From Opitutia bacterium (GTDB lineage Bacteria; Verrucomicrobiota; Verrucomicrobiia; Opitutales; Opitutaceae), in assembly GCA_016190985.1 (NCBI GenBank), contig JACPPI010000006.1, positions 112,526-176,525 of the forward strand: a stretch of DNA of 64,000 bases, written 5' to 3'. The translations under genes and the position numbers were made by a program. Below, in pieces: positions 21,435 to 34,342 of the stretch (positions are counted from its first letter, which is position 1; the number at the start of each line of letters is the position of its first letter). The notes beneath the pieces were generated by a model. It was not told the origin of the DNA. It did no database searches and saw only the letters and a list, made by a program, of their open reading frames with translations.

Positions 21435-21507
21435 AAACTGGCGGGATGGACGGGACTCGTTCCGGCGCTGCGCCGAGGCATTTCACTCGCGACCTTCTGC
21501 GTGACAG
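21435..21507 (-). repeat. Displaced duplicate of the tRNA-Asp 3' half (att-like), interrupted by a 25-nt insertion
   Basis: aaactggcgggatggacgggactcg + 25 nt + actcgcgaccttctgcgtgacag matches the 3' half of the tRNA at 22724-22800 and its flank, with one mismatch apart from the insertion. Confidence 0.88.
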
Positions 21508-21543
21508 TCTATTCGACATGCACGGCCCGCATCAGAAGCGGTC

Positions 21544-21816
21544 TCACTTATAAATGTCGTGTGTGCCGATATCGACCGTGTAGATGATGTTCCCATTCTG
21601 ATAGAAAACCGCCCGCAGATTACCTTCTATGGTAACAGAGTGGACTGTGCACTTAAAACGCGCTGAAAGACTGGCAATCTTGTGCGTTTTGAGCGCTCGG
21701 TCGTAAGGATCCTTCCGGAAAATTTTGAATTTCTCTCGCGCTTTGTCCTGCTGCTCTTGTGGCAGCTTGTGGAACGCCTTCCAAAAAGTGGGGGTAGCCT
21801 TAAAGCAATAAGTCAC
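21544..21816 (-). CDS. RelE/YafQ-like mRNA interferase toxin (putative)
   Basis: 90 aa, basic. FKATPTFWKAFHKLP, DP-x-x-x-x-LKTHK, S-x-TIEGNLRAVF and C-terminal DIGTHDIY fit the RelE/ParE superfamily pattern. Confidence 0.75.
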   Translation of the reverse strand: MTYCFKATPTFWKAFHKLPQEQQDKAREKFKIFRKDPYDRALKTHKIASLSARFKCTVHSVTIEGNLRAVFYQNGNIIYTVDIGTHDIYK

Positions 21817-22037
21817 ACTTCCTGCGGAGGATTCCGTAAAGCGGAATCAAAGTCAATCGTGAGGCCTTCTTCAATTTCCCGCATCCCCTGAGCAAAGGAG
21901 TCGGGCACCTCTTCGTGAACAAAAACCACGTTTTGGCTTTGCGACGCAGTGGAACCCCCAGCGAGGCGATACTCCAAGTAATACGTAGGAACGCAGTCTC
22001 CTTCAACTTTCTGAGGCTCTGTGTAAACGGGAGGCAT
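21813..22037 (-). CDS. Small acidic protein, putative antitoxin
   Basis: 74 aa; acidic tail DSFAQGMREIEEGLTIDFDSAL; its TGA overlaps the toxin GTG (GTGA). Confidence 0.55.
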   Translation of the reverse strand: MPPVYTEPQKVEGDCVPTYYLEYRLAGGSTASQSQNVVFVHEEVPDSFAQGMREIEEGLTIDFDSALRNPPQEV

Positions 22038-22041
22038 GATA

Positions 22042-22497
22042 TTATGTGGGAGGAAGAAGTTGCTGAACTGGCGGCGCGAGGTTTACGATGAAATGTCGTT
22101 CACCTATCTTTTCATCATTAGCTAATACGACGACACGATACTCGCCCTGTTGAGGAATTACAATGCCAGGTAGCTTAAAGGGTATCTCTATGATGTCTTT
22201 CGGCGTAATTTTACCTTCCGGGATCTGAGCACGTGCAGCGGAGTTAACCAGGACCAAGCCTGTTTGTTTTTGTTCAACGCGAAGGACCACGTTAATCATG
22301 TTGGTTCCTGGTTGAAAATTTGAGAGAACCGCCGTCGCAAAAAAACTAGGGGTCTGGAAAGGAAACCCCGGGCAATTCCACGCCCCAAACATTCCAACCA
22401 GAGTCAATTTTCCTGTCCCAGCCTCTCGCACCACGTGGTCTGACAAAAGTATTGCCTGAATTACGACTGGGTCAGATTCGGGTTGATCCATCGGCAT
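22042..22497 (-). CDS. DUF6941-like hypothetical protein
   Basis: AILLSDHVVRE-x-x-TGKLTLVGMF...FP; beta-rich; ends 4 bp before the next ATG. Family assignment is from memory of the motif, not a search. Confidence 0.55.
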   Translation of the reverse strand: MPMDQPESDPVVIQAILLSDHVVREAGTGKLTLVGMFGAWNCPGFPFQTPSFFATAVLSNFQPGTNMINVVLRVEQKQTGLVLVNSAARAQIPEGKITPKDIIEIPFKLPGIVIPQQGEYRVVVLANDEKIGERHFIVNLAPPVQQLLPPT

Positions 22498-22686
22498 TAG
22501 GAAAGCCTAGGGACCAAGCACCCGCAAGTTCAAAGGAGTCGCCAAATACCTCGCGACTCGAACCGCCAGTCTTCTAGCTAGTCAGATAGACGCTTGTTCG
22601 TGTCGTCTCCTCTCGTAAGCACTTCTGGAATCCTCTCTGTTTTAGGTGCCACAAACTGCCACGGGGTTTTCAATTCCTGAAAACAG

Positions 22687-22719
22687 AAAACCACACAACC
22701 TTCTGGGTCGTGTGGTTTT
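22687..22719 (-). terminator. Hairpin/terminator just downstream of tRNA-Asp
   Basis: aaaaccacacaacc-ttct-gggtcgtgtggtttt, followed on the minus strand by a T-rich run. Confidence 0.65.
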
Positions 22720-22723
22720 AAAC

Positions 22724-22800
22724 TGGCGGGATGGACGAGACTCGAACTCGCGACCTTCTGCGTGACAGGCAGACGCTCTAACCAACTGAGCTACCACCCC
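22724..22800 (-). tRNA. tRNA-Asp(GTC), 77 nt, CCA encoded
   Basis: Reverse complement reads GGGGTGGTAGCTCAGTTGGTTAGAGCG...CTGTCAC...GTTCGAGT...CCCGCCA. Confidence 0.97.
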
Positions 22801-22821
22801 GTGAAACGGGAAAGAGGCGGC

Positions 22822-22849
22822 AACGTAGATTCGAGGTGGGGTGTGTCAA
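22822..22849 (-). promoter_or_regulatory. Putative stable-RNA promoter for tRNA-Asp
   Basis: Minus strand TTGACA, 16-nt spacer, TACGTT, then GC-rich gccgcc discriminator. Confidence 0.6.
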
Positions 22850-22920
22850 GCGTCGTTTGGTCAGAGCGGAATCAGCCCGCTTTTGCCCTGAAATTGCGCC
22901 CGGTGGCCGCCATTGCTCGA

Positions 22921-23475
22921 TTAATTTCGCTTGGGTTTTGGGAGCGCCGGCTGCCGGTCCAAAACCGATCGCCAGAGGGCGCTTTCCCCGGCCAAGCCGT
23001 GCTCCGCGAGTTTCCGGGCGATGAGTGGGGGGGGCGGCTCGACGACCCGGTGTTTCAGGTCGGGCGGGAATTCCGGGCGCACGGCGCGCGTGAGCGCCCA
23101 GCAGGCCCAGGTGCGCCAGCGGCGCTGTTCGCGGCGGGGCTCGTTCATCCGGTCGGCGAGATGCTGGAAGTGCACGCGCGGGTTGCCGATGAAGACATCG
23201 GTGGGGGTGTGGCGGAGAAACCACGCCATCGCCTCGTAGGGCGGCGGCCAGTCGCGCAGCTCGGCCTCGTCACCGCGCAGGTCGGCGCCCAGCGCGCGGT
23301 CCAGGTTCAGCAGGGCGCGCGCCGCGAGGCCCCGTTGCCAGAGGTGTTGTGCGTAGGTCAGCGCGGTCAGGTAGAAGCCGGGGCCGCGATCGGCGCCGTG
23401 CGCCGTGAGCGCGCGCGCATCCATGGCCGCGGGGGCGGGCGGCAGATGGGGGCAGGGCGGCAGCGGACGCGGCAT
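22921..23475 (-). CDS. Hypothetical protein
   Basis: Host-like codon usage; helical, Trp-rich (AQHLWQRG...GNPRVHFQHLADRM...WACW). Confidence 0.6.
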   Translation of the reverse strand: MPRPLPPCPHLPPAPAAMDARALTAHGADRGPGFYLTALTYAQHLWQRGLAARALLNLDRALGADLRGDEAELRDWPPPYEAMAWFLRHTPTDVFIGNPRVHFQHLADRMNEPRREQRRWRTWACWALTRAVRPEFPPDLKHRVVEPPPPLIARKLAEHGLAGESALWRSVLDRQPALPKPKRN

Positions 23476-23541
23476 GGGATCGATTGGGACCCTAGTGGCG
23501 AGACGCCGGGAGTCCATGCGGCATTGCGGGACTACGCTACG

Positions 23542-23617
23542 GGTGGAGCGGGTTGACCCCAACGCGCTTGATCATGGCCGTTCGCAAACCAGCGTGTTGA
23601 GGTCAACCCGCTCCACC
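23542..23617. repeat. REP-like inverted doublet, GGTGGAGCG family (copy 1)
   Basis: ggtggagcgggttgacccc...ggtcaacccgctccacc; related copies at 24359, 53200 and 56053. Confidence 0.85.
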
Positions 23618-23663
23618 TCGGCAGAAGAGTCCGTTAGGACGGGGTCTTTCGCTCAAGTTTAAC

Positions 23664-24356
23664 TTGGCGGCCGGCCCGCGTCTGGCGCATAACGGAGGCC
23701 TGCAAAACGAGGTCACAGGCTCCGTCAACGAGGTGCGCGGCTGGAAATACGCGGTGCTGTGGCTGCTGGCCGCTTTGCTGCGGGTGTGGGGACGCACCCT
23801 GCGCTTCGAGGCCGACGCGGAGACCCTCGCGCGGCTGACCAAGTCCGACGAGCCGGCCGCGATCGTCATCTGGCACAACCGGCTGTTCCTCTCGGCGGAG
23901 ATTTTCCGGCGCTACCGTTTCCGGCGGCGGGTGTTCGGCCTCGTGAGCGCGAGCAAGGACGGGGCGTGGCTGGCGGCGTTCTACCGCATGATCGGCCTCA
24001 CGCCGGTGCGGGGCTCGAGCAGCAACTTCGGCCGCGAGGCGGGCAAGGCGCTGATCGAGGTCATGCGCGCCGGGCACGACATCGGCATCACGCCCGACGG
24101 CCCGCGCGGGCCGCTGTATGAGGTCGAACCGGGCGTGCTGGTCGTCACGCGGCGCAACAACGCGCCGATGATCCTGGTCGGGGCCGAATTCGGCCCGGCC
24201 AAGCGGCTGGGGAGCTGGGATCGCTTCTACATCCCGTGGCCGTTCACGCGGATCAAAATGCGCTGCACCGTGCTGCCGGCGAAAAACGCCGACGGCACCA
24301 AGCTCGGCGCCGCCGAGGTGCGCGCGGCGCTGCGCGCGATCAACCCGGATCGCTGA
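23664..24356 (+). CDS. DUF374 / lysophospholipid acyltransferase family protein (start uncertain)
   Basis: IWHNRL, SASKDG, VRGSSS, ITPDGPRGP, SWDRF-x-IP-x-PF. Confidence 0.85.
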   Translation: MAAGPRLAHNGGLQNEVTGSVNEVRGWKYAVLWLLAALLRVWGRTLRFEADAETLARLTKSDEPAAIVIWHNRLFLSAEIFRRYRFRRRVFGLVSASKDGAWLAAFYRMIGLTPVRGSSSNFGREAGKALIEVMRAGHDIGITPDGPRGPLYEVEPGVLVVTRRNNAPMILVGAEFGPAKRLGSWDRFYIPWPFTRIKMRCTVLPAKNADGTKLGAAEVRAALRAINPDR

Positions 24357-24358
24357 AA

Positions 24359-24435
24359 GGTGGAGCGCGTTGACCCCAACGCGCTGGTTTGTGCGTGCGT
24401 TTGCCTGAAGCGCGTTGGGGTCAACGCGCTCCACC
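24359..24435. repeat. REP-like inverted doublet, GGTGGAGCG family (copy 2), between convergent genes
   Basis: ggtggagcgcgttgaccccaacgcgct...agcgcgttggggtcaacgcgctccacc. Confidence 0.85.
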
Positions 24436-24447
24436 CCAAGCCCGGCC

Positions 24448-24795
24448 TCAGAACGAGGGCGTGACCGTGATGCTCTTGCCGGCGGCGACGACGTAGTCGT
24501 TGCCGGTGCTCCAGGCGAGGTCGTTGACCAGCAGCTTGAAGGTCACGGGCGTGGTGGCGCGCTTGACGCTGGCGGTCCAGAGGTTGGCGCCGGTGCAGTC
24601 CATGGCGACGCCGTGGTCCCAGCTCAGGCCCGGGCCGTCGCCGCGGAGGTAGAGGTGGTTGCCGAAGCCGATGTCGATCTGGGCGGAGATGAAGGTCGCC
24701 GGCGGCTCGCCGGTCTTCCTCTTCGCGGGCGCGGCGGATTTCTTCGCCGGAGCCTTCGACCTGGCGGCGGTGGTTTTCTTGGTGAGCTTTGTCAT
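24448..24795 (-). CDS. Hypothetical protein: Lys/Ala-rich N-terminus plus a CBM20-like beta domain
   Basis: MTKLTKKTTAARSKAPAKKSAAPAKRK followed by DIGFGNHLYLRGDGPGLSWDHG...FKLLVND-x-x-WS-x-G-x-DY. Confidence 0.65.
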   Translation of the reverse strand: MTKLTKKTTAARSKAPAKKSAAPAKRKTGEPPATFISAQIDIGFGNHLYLRGDGPGLSWDHGVAMDCTGANLWTASVKRATTPVTFKLLVNDLAWSTGNDYVVAAGKSITVTPSF

Positions 24796-24981
24796 GTTGA
24801 TTTCTGTTTGGTTGTTAAAGGGGTAGGAGGCTGTATTTTCCCCTCGGCGCACCGGCTGCAACAGCAATTTTAAGGCCGCGGCGGCGGGCGTGTTAAACCG
24901 CGCTGGGCAAGCGGGTAGTGGCGGAGGAAAATTTTGGTTTACTCGGGCCGGGGCGTCCCTCAATTAAGCCGTTCCACTTTC

Positions 24982-25057
24982 GGGGCAGTAGCTCAGTTGA
25001 TAGAGCGCGTCGTTCGCAACGACGAGGTCGTCGGTTTGATCCCGATCTGCTCCACCA
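24982..25057 (+). tRNA. tRNA-Ala(CGC), 76 nt, CCA encoded
   Basis: GGGGCAGTAGCTCAGTTGATAGAGCG, anticodon arm CGTCG-TTCGCAA-CGACG, 3' end CTCCACCA; G3:U70 Ala identity pair is present. Confidence 0.9.
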
Positions 25058-25135
25058 TCCTTCGCCGAGCGCCGCGAGGACGAAGGATGCCCTGCGTATC
25101 CTTGGCGAAGCAGGGCATTTCGCTTCCGCCGGCGG

Positions 25136-27997
<2,862 letters not shown>

Positions 27998-28035
27998 GGG
28001 CGGCGGACTGATTTCGCGGGCAGTGCGGGGACGGG

Positions 28036-29238
28036 TTATCCGGAGCGCCCCCGTTCCAGCATGGCGCGGATCGTCAGCTCTATGACCTGGTTCGAGCAGG
28101 GTTTTTGGAGGAAATGAATCCCGGGCAGCGGCGGGGCCTTCCGCCACGCGATGTTCTCGGAGTTGCCGCTGAGGCAGATGATCTTGAGGCCGGGTTTTTC
28201 GGCCTGGAATCTGGCGGCCAGGTCGAGTCCGCTCAGGTCGCCGGACAGGACGATGTCGGTGAAAAGCAGGTCGATGCGCGGGGAGTGCCACTGCCACGCC
28301 TCCAGGGCTTCCTCGGCGCTGCCGGCCTGCAGGATCCGGTAGCCGCTGCCCTGGAGCACCAGGGCCAGCAACTCGCGCAGTCCCGCATCGTCCTCCAGCA
28401 GCAGGATGGTGTTTTTGCCCCGGGTTTCACCGGGGCCGCTGTTGCCCGGTTTCCCCGCAAGATCATCCGCTGGTGCGGCCGGCAGATATAGCCGCAAAGT
28501 GGTGCCGGCCTGCGGCTGCGATTCAACGTCAAGCCAGCCTCCGGAGGCCAGCACGATGCTCCGGCTGGCCGCCAGTCCGAAGCCGGCGGACTTGCCCGCC
28601 CGGTTGGTCAGGCTAAAAGGCGCGGTGGCGCGGGCCAGGGTCTCGGGTGTCATGCCGGTGCCGGTGTCGCGCACGGTGAGGCACACGAAGTCACCCGGCC
28701 GGCCCGCCGGCTGGATATCGAGGTCGGCCTCGGTGAGCCCGAGGCGGTCGGTCGTGCAGGATAAAGTGCCGCCCTCCGGCATCGCGGCGCGCGCGTTGGC
28801 GGCCAGCCCCAACAGGACCTGTTCGAACAGGTCGGGGTCGGTCCACACCATGGCCGGGGCGGCCGTCAGTTGCGTGGCCAGCCGGCACTTGCCGCCCAGC
28901 AGACGCCGGATCGCCGGCTCCTGATCCTGGACCAGCGCGTGCAGGTCCACCGGCTGGATGTGCAGGGTGTGGCGGTTGCTGATGATGAGCAGCTGTTGGG
29001 CCAGCCGGGCCGCCCGCCCGCCCGCCTGCCGGATCGCCAGCACGTGCGGAAGGACCTCGGAGGAAGGCCCGCACCGCTCCAACAGCAGGGCCGCCTGCCC
29101 GTTGACCACCGTCAGGGCGTCACTGAACAACCGGGCCAGATGCGCGCCCAGTTCCAGCAGCCCGGCCTGCTCGCCCGTGGGCACCGGGGCCGCAGGCGGG
29201 GAGGGATTGCCCTGCTCCATGATGGACGGGTTGGCCAT
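28036..29238 (-). CDS. Degenerate CckA-type hybrid kinase with intact receiver (pseudo-kinase)
   Basis: H-box-like [14 protein letters not shown] has no His at the canonical position; N, F and G2 boxes are eroded; receiver retains ED, TD-54 and KP. Confidence 0.75.
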   Translation of the reverse strand: MANPSIMEQGNPSPPAAPVPTGEQAGLLELGAHLARLFSDALTVVNGQAALLLERCGPSSEVLPHVLAIRQAGGRAARLAQQLLIISNRHTLHIQPVDLHALVQDQEPAIRRLLGGKCRLATQLTAAPAMVWTDPDLFEQVLLGLAANARAAMPEGGTLSCTTDRLGLTEADLDIQPAGRPGDFVCLTVRDTGTGMTPETLARATAPFSLTNRAGKSAGFGLAASRSIVLASGGWLDVESQPQAGTTLRLYLPAAPADDLAGKPGNSGPGETRGKNTILLLEDDAGLRELLALVLQGSGYRILQAGSAEEALEAWQWHSPRIDLLFTDIVLSGDLSGLDLAARFQAEKPGLKIICLSGNSENIAWRKAPPLPGIHFLQKPCSNQVIELTIRAMLERGRSG

Positions 29239-29435
29239 TGGGGAATTGAATGGAGATCGGGCCTTTGGCCGGATGGCCAGAGGTCCCACAACCTGTCATA
29301 TCGACTCCAAGGCCCGGAGAGATGAGGTTTTTTTTGGGGAAAATCGCGGACGGGCGCCGGCCGGCCGCCCAAGGCGGGCTTGCACTGCGGCGCGGGACCG
29401 GCATTTTCGCTGCGTTCCGGCCACCCGGATGTCAC

Positions 29436-29512
29436 GTCCTCGTAGCTCAGCTGGATAGAGCACCGGTTTTCTAAACCGGTCGTCGCGTGTTCGAGTCACG
29501 CCGGGGACGCCA
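29436..29512 (+). tRNA. tRNA-Arg(TCT), 77 nt, CCA encoded
   Basis: GTCCTCGTAGCTCAGCTGGATAGAGC, anticodon arm CCGGT-TTTCTAA-ACCGG, GTTCGAGT, GGACGCCA. Confidence 0.93.
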
Positions 29513-29541
29513 CTTTTCATTCCGAAGCGGAATGAAAAGTG
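29511..29541 (+). terminator. Perfect 14-bp hairpin directly after tRNA-Arg
   Basis: cacttttcattccg-aag-cggaatgaaaagtg. Confidence 0.6.
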
Positions 29542-29660
29542 CCCTCCATAGCCTCGGCGACGGAGGGCTTTACACGTTCGCCGCCGCACTCCTGGTCAGA
29601 AGAAATAATAACTTGCTTCACGCCGGGGCATCAGGCTTCTTGCACCTTCCGATGGGTCAT

Positions 29661-31812
<2,152 letters not shown>

Positions 31813-31872
31813 GGCGCGTCTCTCGCTGCGCCGTCACCGCGCCGCGGTATCAGCAGGAGGCGTCATCGGGAC

Positions 31873-31945
31873 CCCAATGTTCGTATTACGAACATTGGGC
31901 ATAAAGTCTCCCGGCGTTGGCTTGAATGTTCGTAATACGAACATC
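31873..31945. repeat. Two copies of the ATGTTCGTA-N-TACGAACAT palindrome in opposite orientation
   Basis: cccaatgttcgta-t-tacgaacattggg at 31873-99 and aatgttcgta-a-tacgaacat near 31925-45; third copy lies inside ispG. Confidence 0.85.
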
Positions 31946-32003
31946 GTCAGGATGGGGCCACGTGCTGGCTTTGCGGTTCGTTAGTCGAGCGGCGCGGCGG
32001 TGC

Positions 32004-32456
32004 TCACGGCGTGAGCGGCGGCTTGAGCTTGGGCATGCCGTGGTCCACCGACAGCGGCCCGCTGCCGCTGATGGCGAACATGACCAGCAGGAAAAACACA
32101 AGGGCGGAGAATTCGAGGGACTGGCCGCCGCTCATCAGGCCCTCGCCGCGATGGATAAACACCGCGCCGGCCAGGATCGGGATCTGCACCCACGCGGCGA
32201 TGCGCGTCAGCAGGCCGACGGTGAGCATCAGGCCGCCCACGAGGTGGGCCAGCGAAATGTAGTGGAGCAGGCCCACCGTCACGAGCCAGGGGAACTCTAT
32301 CCGCTTGAGCAGATCCAGGATGAATTCCGCCCGGGTGTTGGTGATGATGAACACACCGCGGATGAAAAGGCCCAGCCCGAGATAAATGCGCACGCAATCC
32401 AGCCACACCTTGGGATGGGCTTCCGCCCAGTCGATGAACTGACGCAGCTTTTCCAT
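32004..32456 (-). CDS. DoxX family membrane protein
   Basis: RIYLG-x-x-LF-x-x-G, HLVGGLML-x-x-GLLTR-x-AA, LEF, G-x-G-x-x-S-x-D. Confidence 0.8.
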   Translation of the reverse strand: MEKLRQFIDWAEAHPKVWLDCVRIYLGLGLFIRGVFIITNTRAEFILDLLKRIEFPWLVTVGLLHYISLAHLVGGLMLTVGLLTRIAAWVQIPILAGAVFIHRGEGLMSGGQSLEFSALVFFLLVMFAISGSGPLSVDHGMPKLKPPLTP

Positions 32457-32627
32457 GGGGTAATGTCTCCTTGGGGTAAGCCGGCGGGCGGGATGACCGC
32501 CGGGTGGCTGCAGGATATTGCGATCATCCGCCGCGAGTCAACGGCGGGGATGGGGTGTATGAGTGGGAGCGGGTTTATCCCGAGACAAGTCGGGGCGTAA
32601 AGCCCCTCCCACAGCCCGCCTTGCTCT

Positions 32628-33212
32628 CTAATATCCCTGCCGCTGGAGCTGCAGCTGCAACTCGCGCTGGAAGGCCTGCACGTCGGCCGGGCTGGGCTTG
32701 TAGCCCTTCTGCGCGGTCTCGAGCATGAGGCGGCCCATCTGGTCGATCGCCCACTTGCCGGTGGTGCCGTCGCTGAAGGTCACGGTGCCGCTGGCCATGA
32801 AGCCGGGGCGGACGAGGCGGTCCAACTCAAGGGAAAGCGTGCTGGCACCGGCGGGCGGGGCGGCGAGGCCATCGCCATCGTCGGGCAGATCTTCGGGCGG
32901 CAGGTCGTCCTCGTCCACCGCGCCGGGCGCCATGCCGACCTTCTCCTTGAGCTTGTCGATCAGGCCCTTTTTCTCAGCGCGGGATGGGGGCACCCCGCCC
33001 ACAGGGGGCGGCGTCTTGCTGACGTCGGAGGTGTCCACCTTGGGCGCGGGATCCTTCAAGGCGAGGTTCAGGTCGTCGACGAGAAACCGGACATCCCGGT
33101 AGGTCATCGAGATCTTGAATTGCTCGGCGAGTTTCTTCTGGACGGCGGAGAGGTTGTCGCCGGCGGCGACCCAGGCGCTGACGGCCTGTTTTTGTTCGGG
33201 AGTGAGGGACAT
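32628..33212 (-). CDS. Hypothetical protein
   Basis: MSLTPEQKQAVSAWVAAG...DVRFLVDDL; acidic low-complexity linker; C-terminal G-x-VTFSDG domain; host codon usage. Confidence 0.7.
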   Translation of the reverse strand: MSLTPEQKQAVSAWVAAGDNLSAVQKKLAEQFKISMTYRDVRFLVDDLNLALKDPAPKVDTSDVSKTPPPVGGVPPSRAEKKGLIDKLKEKVGMAPGAVDEDDLPPEDLPDDGDGLAAPPAGASTLSLELDRLVRPGFMASGTVTFSDGTTGKWAIDQMGRLMLETAQKGYKPSPADVQAFQRELQLQLQRQGY

Positions 33213-33289
33213 GGACGGAAGTTGAGGGTTAATGGCTGAGAGTTGAGAGTCAAACCAAGTGCCGGGCAGGCGCGCCGGGGGGCAGCTGC

Positions 33290-34165
33290 TCAAAGCTCGC
33301 GCCCGAGCGGCCGGGTGAGACAGGTGGGCCCGCCGCCACCTTTCCGGGCGATCTCCTCGCCGGCAAGCTCGTGCACCTCGCAGCCGGCGGCGATGAGTTC
33401 GCGCCGGGTGCGCGGATTGCCGGCGGCCAGCACGCAGACGTGCGGGGCCACGGCGAGGACGTTGCAACCGAGAGTGTCGAACTCCTCCGGTGCGACCTCG
33501 ACCAGCCTGATGCCGCGGGCCAGCAGCAGCTCGCGGAACGGGATCGGCATGAGCGGCGAGTGCACCAGCGCGAGGTCGGGCGCCAGCGGCGAATAGACGG
33601 ACATGAGGTGGAACACATCGGCCGGGCCCCGGAAATGCGGCAGCGGCACGACGACAACCTCCACCCCCGGGCCGACGAGCTCGCGCAGTTGGCGGATGCC
33701 CTCGTCGTTGGTGCGGTAGCCGCGCGCGACGGCCAGGGTGCGCGGATCCACCCAGGCGACGTCGCCGCCTTCCAGCGTGCCCGGTGTCGTGATCTCGCCG
33801 GCAATGGGCACACCCCAGACATCGGCGGCCCGGCGCAGGGCGGCGGGTTCGCCGCGCCGGTTGGCCTTGCCCATCGAGCAAAGGATGAGGCCCCGGTCGC
33901 AGACGACGCCGGCGTCGCGCACATAGATGGAGTCGATGCTCTGGGCCGGGTCGGGCGGCATCGTCAGCACCTCCGCGCCGAGACGGCGGAGCAGCGCGGC
34001 AAAGGCGTCGGATTCGGCGACGGCCCTGGGCAGATCGGGGCAGGAGGTGAAATTCAGCGGCCGCCACTCGGCGGCAAATTTCGCGGGGGACCCGAAAGCC
34101 TCCGTTGCACCCTTGACGATCACCCGTTTCAGGGTGCCGGTGTCGCTTTGCAGGGTGAGGGGCAT
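33290..34165 (-). CDS. Amidinotransferase / dimethylarginine dimethylaminohydrolase family protein
   Basis: IYVRD, LEGGDV, RTN, FHLMS, GGGGPTCLT (catalytic Cys). Confidence 0.88.
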   Translation of the reverse strand: MPLTLQSDTGTLKRVIVKGATEAFGSPAKFAAEWRPLNFTSCPDLPRAVAESDAFAALLRRLGAEVLTMPPDPAQSIDSIYVRDAGVVCDRGLILCSMGKANRRGEPAALRRAADVWGVPIAGEITTPGTLEGGDVAWVDPRTLAVARGYRTNDEGIRQLRELVGPGVEVVVVPLPHFRGPADVFHLMSVYSPLAPDLALVHSPLMPIPFRELLLARGIRLVEVAPEEFDTLGCNVLAVAPHVCVLAAGNPRTRRELIAAGCEVHELAGEEIARKGGGGPTCLTRPLGREL

Positions 34166-34264
34166 GGGAAGAGTTGAAAGGTGAAAGCGGAAAGTTGAGA
34201 AACAGCAAAAAGACCGACCCTAGCCTGCTTTCAACCTTCATCTGTGAGCGAAGAGTTGGGAATC

Positions 34265-34325
34265 CTGTAGCGGCGGTCTATGACCGCCGAAAAGATCCAA
34301 CGGCGCTCATAGAGCGCCGCTACAG
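34265..34325. repeat. GTAG-type REP doublet downstream of dnaA
   Basis: ctgtagcggcggtctatgaccgccg...cggcgctcatagagcgccgctacag; a half copy is at 62625-62650. Confidence 0.8.
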
Positions 34326-34342
34326 CGATCCAGGCCTCACCG

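Larger units (their letters stand above)
21435..22723. mobile_element. Integrase-less genomic islet at tRNA-Asp
   Basis: Bounded by an intact tRNA and a 3'-half duplicate. GC drops sharply (hand count: 26/60 in line 22141-22200 versus 48/60 in line 21001-21060). Confidence 0.75.

Noticed and set aside
21435-21507. Second functional or intron-containing tRNA-Asp
   Set aside because: The 5' half (acceptor 5' strand and D-arm) is missing; similarity stops at the anticodon loop.
25033-25040. Atypical T-loop (GTTTGATC) suggesting a tRNA-Ala pseudogene
   Set aside because: All stems pair, and G3:U70 and CCA are intact; a single T-loop variant is not enough.
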